From positions 3,744,976-3,808,975 of the forward strand of contig MU057344.1 of assembly GCA_013239625.1 (NCBI GenBank): a stretch of DNA of 64,000 nucleotides, in the 5' to 3' direction. A program made the translations under genes and the position numbers. The stretch's first letter is position 1; each line of letters starts with the position of its first letter. Below the pieces are notes generated by a model that saw only the letters and a program-made list of their open reading frames with translations, was not told the origin of the DNA and did no database searches. Source of the stretch: Lama guanicoe. Lineage: Eukaryota. Of this stretch, positions 55,150 through 64,000 are shown piece by piece.

Positions 55150-56850
55150 GGAATCCCAGAGGCTAAAGATGGAAAGGGAGTCTGTGGCCTACATTCCTGA
55201 TTCGCATAAGCCCAGTTTCTAAGTTGGTTCATGCCCTTGTCGGCAGGCGGAGAGCACCGCGTCCCGCTGGCCCTCAGAGGACGACGAGAACCCGCTGCGC
55301 ACTCCCCACCTCGGAAAACGCCTCCCCCTGCCTCAGCATGCGTCCTCGGAGCCCGGCCTGCCTCAGTGTGTGTAGGACGTCCAGGCGCAAAACCTGCCAA
55401 CGGATTAGGGGAGGGAGTGGACCCCGGGGGCCCCAGCCTGGGTCTCCGAGAAGGAGCGCGATGAAGACTCATCTAGCTTTCCCAATGAACTTGCCAAACG
55501 CAAAACTCTGCCTTTGACTTAGCGGGGGAACTGGCTGCCCAGAAGATGGAGCCCGAATTGGGGGTAAGGGGTGGCGGGGGTAGGGTAGGCGTGGGGTGGG
55601 GAGGAAGCGGTTTCTGAGCACAAGAAAAAGGTGAGATGGAATTTGCACGGAGATCCCTTTCAGCCTTGAGTCCCGTGCGACCCTCAGCCAACTTAAGGCA
55701 AGGAACGGGCCAAGGGGGCTGTTTGCGGTAAGAGAGCCGTGCGAGGTCTGGGGGACGGGGGTGGGGGGCACAGCAGGGAACCCAGGAAAGGGGGGGCGAT
55801 AGGTCTAGGTGGGGAGGCTCCAGCCGAGGATGTGCCGAGGCAGGAGGGGGCGCAGAGGGCAGTGCCGGGGTGGGGGTGGGGAGCAGCAGAGGCGGAGGCC
55901 CTTCGAGCGGGTGGGGGCGGAGCTTGATGGCTGCGAATTCCGCCCGAGGCGCCAGGGCCGGCCTCGCCTCCGGCAGCCAAAGCAGAACATTGCGAATTAG
56001 CGCATTTTGCGGTCAATTTTCCACTGTTTAAGAAACACTAAGCCACCCACATGAGCAGCCCCACCCAGTGTAGCCGGGATCTCAGGGCAAGGGCTGGAGA
56101 GGAGTGGAGGCACTAGGAGATGCAGGTGCCAGGGTGCAGACGGCGACGGCTCGTGGGCCCCTTTATTGCGGCCCTAACTCTGGAGAGGGGGCCGGCCCGG
56201 CGCCCCCGCTGCGGGGCCGCGAGAGCTGCGCCTAGGGCCATTGGTTTGCTAATACTCTGGAGTTGAAAGGCTCGGGCGCAGGTTTATGGGGAGGGATCAC
56301 AATTAGAGGACAAATTGCCCGGCTGCCCGAAAGACTAGAGAGCGGGGGAGGGAGTGAGAGGGACTGCCAGAGTGAGGCGCGCGCCCATCCTCTGTGCAGA
56401 TGTGCAGCAGCTGGAAGCCCGCGCGCGGCGGGGCGCCCGGAGTTTGGCCCCGAGGGGGCGGGCGCGGGCGCGGCTTTGTGGGGCCGGCACAATGCCCTTA
56501 ACACTCGGCTGCCCCCTTTGTACCCGGTCGCGCCTCCCGCTTGCCCTGCGGCGCCTTTGTACCGCGCCTCCACCGCCCCAAGCTGGAGCGAGCGCGCGGA
56601 AGCCACTGGGCCAGGCCAGCTCCGGCGCTTCAAAGCTGCCCGGCGCGTGCCAGCGCCCGCAATACAGCCGCAGCTTCACCGCCCGCACCAGGTCGGGGCC
56701 AGCCGGGATCTGGCCGGCCGGCCCTTAGGCCGGGGCGGAAGAACTGTTCGGAGCCGCTGTCGCTGAAGTCTCCGTGTGAAAGGAGGGCGGGGCGCGATTC
56801 TCCACGCTGCTTGGCTCCTGGGAACGTCGCTACTGGGCAGGGCCCATCAA
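55150..56850. promoter_or_regulatory. CpG-rich region upstream of HES3 with a SOX motif cluster
   Basis: CpG-dense; SOX motifs at 56298, 56474, 56488, 56516, 56555. Confidence 0.6.
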
Positions 56851-58204
56851 TACCCCGAGCGGGGGCGGGTGGGGAAGAGGATGCCTCGTCTCCAGGGAGC
56901 TGGAGTGGCCCACAAGGGCCCAGCGATTTCCCTCCCCCTCACACTGAGGCCCTGCAAAGGCCAATTTGTTCATTCCTCGGGACCAGGGCTCCACTGCCGA
57001 ACTTCTGGATCCATAGTTTCCCCATCTCCCTCACAAGCAGCAATAGGGGCCTACATGTTCATGATACTGAAGCCAAGAGAACCCAGAAAAGGGAGATGGG
57101 TAGGTTTGAACCCAGGGACTCCCCTGGACGCCAGTCTTCCCATCCCTCACAGCTACTGGAGTCCATCCTCCTGAAGCCCAAGCCGGCACTGCCCTGGAGT
57201 CCTACCATAGGGTCTAGCCCATCCTGGGGCATGTGCCTCCTCTGAGTTCCTTGGGTCTCCCGCCACAGCCTGAATAATGAAAGGGGGTTGGCATTCTGGA
57301 CCTCCAAATGTTCAGAATGGTGTTCTCCCCAGATGCATCCCACCTCCCATTGGTAGGGACCCAGAGAAGGCCAAGGGGCAGGGGTGAGGGGAATAAACTC
57401 CCATGCCTACCCTGGTGGGGAGAAGGGTCCTCAGAGCTTGAATTGTCCAGTCCAGCCTGGAAACTCAGGAGTAAAAGTGGGGGAGGCCATTCTGACTGCC
57501 CTGCCCTGAGGCTGCCTGTAGCTTGCCCCCAGCTTGGGATGGGTCCTAGCGAGGCCAGCGGGCACCTGAGCCAGACTGCACCCTGGTGCAGGATTGCTCC
57601 CGGTCCTGAGCCCCCAGCCAGAAGTAGGCTGTCTGTGGCCCTGCGGGCGGGCTGCACGCTTTAATGGGACACATGTTGCTGCGTGGCCCCTGCGGGCCTG
57701 GCCTGCGCCTGGCTTTGAGTGGCCACAGGCAGAAAATCGCTGCATTGTCCCGACATTAGGGCGACTAATGCAGCGTTGCCAGCGCGGCCAGAGCGTGAAG
57801 CCCGCAGAAAGGCCTCGTTGGCGGGTGCTCCTGGCCTCCGCATCTTCATCAGGCCTGAGAAGGCCCGGTGCTCAACCATAGTCGTTATTGGGCCTTGCAG
57901 CCAGCTGGGCTCATGGACCTCCCCCACTGGGCCTGGTGGTAGGGCCCAGAACCTAGGGAGACTGGATGGGGCAGGGCATGGAGAAGATGGGCATGGGAGG
58001 GACTCCCAGACTCAGGAAGTGATGGGATGAGAGGGATAAAAGACAGACTGAGAAAGGGTACAAGGGGTCCCTTGGGAAGGAGAAGGGGTCCTGGAGGCGA
58101 AGCCTGGGCTAAGGGAGGGTGTCAGCAGAGAGAGGTGAGGAACTTCCCTGTCTGTCCCCCTCCCATCCCCTCCCCCGTGGGGCTCCGCAAGTCCAGGAGC
58201 GCCT

Positions 58205-58260
58205 CATTGATATGTAAACGAGGGCCCTATAAAGGCAGCACCGCCTCCGGCTGGCTCAGT
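58205..58260 (+). promoter_or_regulatory. HES3 core promoter: SOX-OCT-like composite, TATA box (58228-58233), Inr-like TCAGT
   Basis: CATTGATATGTAAAC at 58205-58219; TATAAA about 30 nt before CTCAGT; ATG at 58270. Confidence 0.75.
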
Positions 58261-58269
58261 TACGACAAC

Positions 58270-59473
58270 ATGGGCACTGAGCTCGAGACCCAGGGCAGCT
58301 CTGGCGGCCCCGCTGGCAACTTCCGCAAGGTCTGGGGCCCCGAGGGATGCGGGGGTGGCGGTGGGGGGCAGAGGGCAAGAGGGCTGAGACCCAACTCTCT
58401 TACTGCCACTCATTCACAGATCTCCAAGCCGCTGATGGAGAAGAAGCGACGGGCGCGCATTAATGTGTCTCTGGAGCAACTCAAATCATTGTTAGAGAAA
58501 CACTATTCGCACCAGGTGAGACACGGGGATGTGGTGGAGGTAGGCGGTGATACGATCCCCAGCCTCATCCCCTGGAACCTGGGCTGCTGTGCTATAAGCC
58601 TTTTCCACGGATCTGTAGATCCGGAAACGCAAGTTGGAGAAGGCAGATATACTGGAGCTCAGCGTCAAGTACATGAAAAGCCTTCAGAACTCGGTGCAAG
58701 GTAGACCGGGGGTGCCTGGGGTGGGGCGAGGAGCGAGTGTGTATGTATGTGTGGGAAATTGTGGGATCAGAGCCATGCATTCTACGAAGCCAGATGAAGG
58801 AGGGATGAATGGAGAGGAAAGCTCAGGGCAGTGGGCAACTAAGTGAAGAAGGGGCCCCAGATCGCTCTAAGTGGAGAGGCAGCAAAGGCCTGGCTGGCTG
58901 TGAAGTTGTAATCGTGTGGGCGAAGGTCTGGACTCCGAGGGGATTTTCGAGTTGCCTCCCTTCCCTTTTCTTCCCTCCCCTCCGCTGCACACTTCTCCCC
59001 TCCCTTTTTCTCTCTCCTCTTTACATCTCTTCTTTCTTCCTCCTCTCCCCTGTTCTCCCCTCCTTTCCACATTTCTTTTGTCCGCTCCCCTCCCCCTAGG
59101 GCTCTGGCCGGTCCCCAGCGGAGCCGAATACCCGTCGTGCTTCCGCGGCTGTCTGCCCGGCGTTAGCCAGCTTTTGAGGCGCGGAGAGGAGGGCTGCGGC
59201 GGCCTGCGCTGCCCCCTGGTGCACGAGCGCGCGGGTGGCAGCACCATGGACAGCGCCAGCTCCGGCCCTGAGGCGCCAGGCAGGCGAGGCCCCTGCGCCT
59301 CCGCGGTTTGGGTCCCCGTTCCCGCCGCCGGCGGCTCGCCGTCGCCGCCACCCCGGCTTCTCTTCTCTGGAGGCCTTCCCAGCCCGTCCACCAGCGTCCC
59401 AGCGCCGCAGTCGGCGTCTCGTCGCTTCGCCGACAGCCCGGGGCCGGAGCTGCGCTTGTGGCGGCCCTGGTGA
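58270..59473 (+). CDS. HES3: Transcription factor HES-3 (bHLH, terminal WRPW); exons 58270-58329, 58420-58515, 58619-58700, 59100-59473 (203 aa; 178 aa from the internal ATG at 58435)
   Basis: 60+96+82+374=612 nt. FRK|ISKPLMEKKRRARINVSLEQLKSLLEKHYSHQ|IRKRKLEKADILELSVKYM ... LRLWRPW-TGA. Confidence 0.96.
59237..59257 (+). promoter_or_regulatory. REST/NRSF RE1 element within HES3 exon 4
   Basis: GGCAGCACCATGGACAGCGCC, 18/21 to the consensus TTCAGCACCACGGACAGCGCC, with both half-site cores and the 2-nt spacer intact. Confidence 0.85.
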
Positions 59474-60764
59474 GGCCTAGGCGCAGCCTGGGACTCAAGG
59501 GGGCCCTCGTCTGGCCTGGGAACGCAAAGACTATTTTGAACGCCAGAACCCTAGTCATCGGCTCTGTTCCTGGGACGGGGTGGCCTGGAGCGTGCCGCGT
59601 ATCCGCGAACTCGGGGAAATACACGAAGCCACAGTTGCACCGGGTTCTATTCGTCTAGACATAACTCACCCCCGCCCCAACCCTACCCACTTAGGCTGGA
59701 CCCACTTTCTCCTCCCAGCCTCTAGTGGGGCGGGGAGGGGCTGTCCCGGGCTGCGCTCCTTTCCCAGGGCCCCTGGAGGGCAGCCCGCCCCCACCCCGCG
59801 GCCGCGGCGCGGTGGGAAGGTCGCCGTCGGCAGCGGCGCAGAGCGGACCCCTCGCAGCGAGGAGAATTACTGCCCCGCCCCAGCCCATTCAGCCGTCCTG
59901 GGACGCCCGGTTCCCACCGGCACAAAGCGCGCCAGGCCCCGCCCCGCCGGCGAGGGACCCCCTCCACCCCCCCCCGCCTCACAGAAACCCCCTCCCTAGC
60001 GCTCCTGCCCTGAGGCCAGCTCAGCGCTCCAGCCCCGCCCTGTGAGATGCTCCGCCCACCGCCCCGGCCACCCGACGCCCCGCCCTGCGCGGCTCCTAGT
60101 GGGAAGCCCGCGAACAGTCTACCAGCTTGAGGTTTGCTAGCGCAACCCCCAGCTCCTCTCAAGGGAGAGCTCACTCCTTTCCCCTCGGAAAAGGCCCCCT
60201 GCCCGTAGCCCGGCCTCAGGCAGCCCGGTCCCTTCCCCTGCCCCGCAGTCTCCGCCTCCTGAACTTTGGGGCCCCCAGGGAGCCCACCACCCTTGACAGC
60301 TCTTGGTGCGCTCTGCGACGGTTTATTCGTCAGAAAATGAGGTCATTGCTCGGAGTCTAACTTGAGGGTCTCGGAGTCTCGGCCTGCAAGGGGCAGCCTG
60401 GGGGTCGAGGACAGGAATCCTGCGCTGAGCCTACGAAGAGATCCCAGCACCTCCTCTTCCAGCTTGAAGTTAAGAATAAAGAGTGCGAACTTGTGAAATG
60501 GGTATAAAGATGCCACGAAAGTTCTCATTTCTCTCATAATGCCAGCTTAGGTAAATCTTTCTGAACTACAAATATCAACTTCATATGAAACATTTCTCGT
60601 TTTGGGCTGCCCCTACCTTGCCGTGTGCTAAACTCGTCCTAGTCGTACCCCGGGGAGAGGAAAGCCTTGCTCCCCTACCCAACCCAGCGGGCTCTGCCAC
60701 GCTGGGGAGCGGGTCCCCCCAGCGGAGGTCCCAGGTCTCAGCTTCCCGGCACTAATCCTCCTTC

Positions 60765-60783
60765 CGGCCACCAGGTGGCGATC
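60765..60783 (+). promoter_or_regulatory. CTCF motif between HES3 and GPR153
   Basis: CGGCCACCAGGTGGCGATC, strong match to CCASYAGRKGGCRS. Confidence 0.65.
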
Positions 60784-61211
60784 TTGCAGCGCGGACCCAG
60801 GGCGCGCCCTCCAAATTCCAGCCCCAGTGGGTGGGCGGGTCACCCTGCACTACGGGTCCGCCACTCCCGCCGCGAGGCCCGGCTGCAACTGCTCTGCTCT
60901 TCTCACCTCCAGAATCAACCTCACAGGGGCTAGGGAACCCTTAGGTCGTCTCCTTCCTCTATTAGGGCTGTAGAGCCCATCCCACCACCCCATCCTGCCA
61001 GTGCTCCAAGCCTGTCTCACACGCTGGGTGGGGTCGCAGGATTTGCGTAGAAAAGGGAGCAAATCAGACCCAAAGGAAGGGCGCATGGAGGAGTCATTCA
61101 GAACCCAGAAGGAGATATGTATGGGGGTAGCTGGCCAGCGTGCTGTTAGGCTCTAGAGAGGTGTTTCCATGAAACGAGCCTGGGATTACCTGGTGCAAAT
61201 CACAGGAAGTT

Positions 61212-61217
61212 TTTATT
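61212..61217 (-). terminator. Probable GPR153 polyadenylation signal
   Basis: AATAAA on the minus strand about 2 kb after the stop. Confidence 0.65.
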
Positions 61218-63213
61218 GGATTCTGTACAGAAGAGAAACGCTCAGTTGTCAAAAAAACTACAAACGGATCCCTGGCTCTGGGCTGGGTGGTGGTATGAAG
61301 ACAGAGCTCCCTCCCCCATGAACCCAGGGTCAAGCTGCTTACCAAGGCAGCAAACAGGCCTGGAGGCTGGACAAAGTGAGGGAGATCCAGGCTACGGGGT
61401 CCCCCACATGGAGTCCTCCCTCCTTTTTAATTTTGTAAAAACCAGGACTGGAGGGACTTCAGGGGACCAGGCCTCCCTGCAAGTATTGCCGTTGGATATG
61501 AAATATACAGTGAAAACCCAAGGTGACAAATTGGCCAGCCTGATGCAGGGGGGGCAGTGGCTAACTGGTGACCTCTGCCCCCACGTGACATGTCGGTCCT
61601 TGAAGGCACAGCAGCATTGGCGAGATAGGCCTCCTACGGCTGAGGCTGGATTGGAGCCCCTGCCTTACTCCCCTGTGGCCAGTTCATCCTCCGTAAGATA
61701 CCCCACAACCAGACTGAAGGGGACTCTGAAGCTGAGACAGAGCTGGGCAGGCCCCCCCCCCATCCTCCCCACTCCCAGAGGCTTCCCTGGAGCTGGGAAA
61801 CTGGAAGGTGAGGAGCCAGGCTTGGCCACCTGAGGCGCAGAGGCAGTGCTGCAATTCCAGATTGCAGAGCAGGAGGGAAGAGGGTGTAGGCCAGCTACTT
61901 GCCGACCCTGGAACCCATTCTAGGTCTCCATGTGTAGAGGCCACTGCATGGAGGCAGGAAACAGGATGAGACAGTCAACAGCCTTTGCATTCACTCGTCC
62001 ATCCAGCTCAAGGTCACAGCTGTTCCTGCGCTTCTCCTTAGCCTGAATCTAGGGTTTTCTCCATGGAAGAGCCAGCAGGCCCTCCCTAGGCCCATGGCCA
62101 AGCTCAGGCCTGCCAAAGGTCTGCCCAGGATGGAGAGCAACGAGGAGCCCTGCCCCAGGGTGGAGGAAGGTGCTCACCAGGTACTGGGCCCTAAACTCAG
62201 AATCTGGAAGGCCTCTAAGCCAAGATCCCTTCTGGCCAGACCTGTACAGGTTGGGGATGGGCACCAAGAAAAGGAAGCCCACTTCCCCTTTGCGTCAATC
62301 CTTTCCACCATGTACCCACGATCTTCATGGTGGGAGTCACAGAGGTGGCTGACATGGTGGGCATAGGCAATGAAGGCAGTGATGAGGGTGAGGACACTAA
62401 TAGTGGTCACGGTGGGTGTGGTGCCAACGGTGATGGTGCAGGAGTGTTGTGCTTTAGCTGGGGGTGGGGAGAGTTCCCAAGGGGGCCAGGGACACTAAGC
62501 GTGGGAGGCCTCAGGCTTGGGGGCCACACACTGAAGACTGGCCCCTACAAAGGACCCATGAAGAGCCCGAGACTCTCTCTCATTCCCTGTCCACGCAGTG
62601 GCTAGGGCACACAGACTAGGAGACTTGTTCAAACAGTCCTGAGAGTTAACATGGTCACCTGCTCATCATGGATGGGTAAACCGAGGCAGAACAGGTCAGC
62701 CGGGAGACCTGCTCAGAGAACTTGGTTGGGGCTCTGAAGACCCCTGTGCTTAGAGACCCTCCGTACCCCACCCCCTGAGGTGTGACAATTACAGTGCAGA
62801 GTGGAAAGGTGGGTGCAATCTGGTGGCTTCTGCAGGGCTGGGCTTTTGTTCCATCCAGTGGTAGCCCTGTCCCTGGGCTCCCCACACGCCACTCCCCGCC
62901 CAGCTGCCCCGTGCAGAGCCCGCCTTTCCCCAAGCCCCAGCCTCACTCTGCTCCGGAATGCCCTGCCCAGCGGCTGGTCCGTGCCCAGTGTGGTCGTCCG
63001 GGGCAGCTGTCGTCCCTCTAGGCAATGGCCACTTCCCAGGGCTGGCAGAGAGCCGTTGCCCTGTCGCCTTAGGAGGGCTGGCACGCCCGGGCGCATTTGG
63101 CGGGCTCAGCGCAGCCTGCCCAGGGCACGGGCCGGGCCAGGGTGGCATCTTTGGTGCTTTGGCCCCGCGGGCGGTCCGGCCAGCCTGGCGATCTAGGGAG
63201 GAACAGGCAAGCC

Positions 63214-63758
63214 CTAGGACGCCGAGCCCAGCGAGTCCGAGTGCAGTGTGACGTAGCCCGACGACTCGGAGGGAGAGCTCAAGAAGCTGCTGGTGCTGCC
63301 GCCGCCGCCGCCGCTGCCGCCGCCCGCCGCGCGCCCGCCCCCGGGCTCGCCCCACGACGCACTCAGGCCGGTCCGCAGGGTCTGTGCGTGCGCNNNNNNN
63401 NNNNNNNNNNNNNNNNNNNNNNCAAAGGCGTCGGCAGCAGCGAGGCCGAGGCGCAGCGGGCGCCGGGACCGGGACGGCGGCGCGGGCTGCCGGGGGGCGA
63501 AGTGGGGGTGCGGCGCGGGCCGTCGTCCAGAGCCGGGGGGCGGAGCGACAGTAGGCTCTCTGCCGAGCGACGGCGCGGGCGGAAGGGGGGCGCGTCCTCC
63601 GCGAAGGCCAGCAGGCTGCTGCGGGGCCGGTCGGGCCCGCCGGGCAGCACCAGGGCGGCCAGGTCCTCGCCGGAGCCCCAGCGTGGCAGGAACGTGGGCA
63701 ACTGGACCGCAGCCCACACGTCCGCGTCGTCGTGGGAGAAACGTCGCGTGGGCGGGAC
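63214..63758 (-). CDS. GPR153: Orphan G protein-coupled receptor 153, last coding exon (cytoplasmic tail), gapped
   Basis: Acceptor GACAG|, then [18 protein letters not shown]...[11 protein letters not shown]...[N gap]...[11 protein letters not shown]...[24 protein letters not shown]; synteny with HES3. Confidence 0.92.
63394..63422. other. Assembly gap (29 N) inside the GPR153 last exon
   Basis: Run of N. Confidence 1.
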
Positions 63759-64000
63759 CTGTCAGGACCACGAGGTTACCCTGGGCTGCCCTCCTGGAAA
63801 AAAGGGGACCTCTGCCTCCCCACAGCGGACAGGGCTGCCTGGTTTGGAGCTGTGAGATCTGGGGCAAGTGACAATCCCTGCAGGCCTCACTGTTGTCATC
63901 CGTAGCTTGAGTCGGTTGGGGAGATGACCCCTTGAATAGGGGAGCTGAGCCCCAAGGAAGTAGCACAGGCACCAGATGGCACACCCTCCCAGAGCACAAG

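Noticed and set aside
63423-63440. Apparent 1-nt frameshift in GPR153 (CTG CTG CC- GAC GCC TTT) suggesting a pseudogene
   Set aside because: It lies about 10 nt from an N gap in extremely GC-rich sequence, and both flanks encode intact conserved peptide. Most likely an assembly error; the gap also looks undersized.

Overview
This is mammalian genomic DNA, GC-rich with CpG islands, and is not prokaryotic. It carries the gene block syntenic to human 1p36.31: CHD5 (minus, coding exons 1-2), RPL22 (minus, complete, 128 aa), RNF207 (plus, complete, 17 coding exons, 634 aa), ICMT (minus, complete, 294 aa), HES3 (plus, complete, 203 aa long form) and the last exon of GPR153 (minus, interrupted by an N gap). 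Three short tRNA-derived SINEs resemble the camelid vic-1 family, suggesting camel, alpaca or llama. I read all exon boundaries by hand, and the reading frames close correctly across junctions. Most notable: (1) a diverged in-frame 30-nt tandem duplication adding 10 residues to the first hydrophobic segment of ICMT; (2) an LF-SINE-like relic in ICMT intron 2 overlapping a candidate 110-nt stop-containing (poison) exon; (3) a near-canonical REST/RE1 silencer inside HES3 coding sequence, with SOX/POU motifs upstream; (4) a MEF2-MEF2-TEAD-ETS cluster in RNF207 intron 2; (5) overlapping convergent RNF207/ICMT 3' ends; (6) candidate alternative splice sites in RPL22. Comparisons with human/mouse sequences and repeat consensus sequences are from memory and need confirming by alignment.
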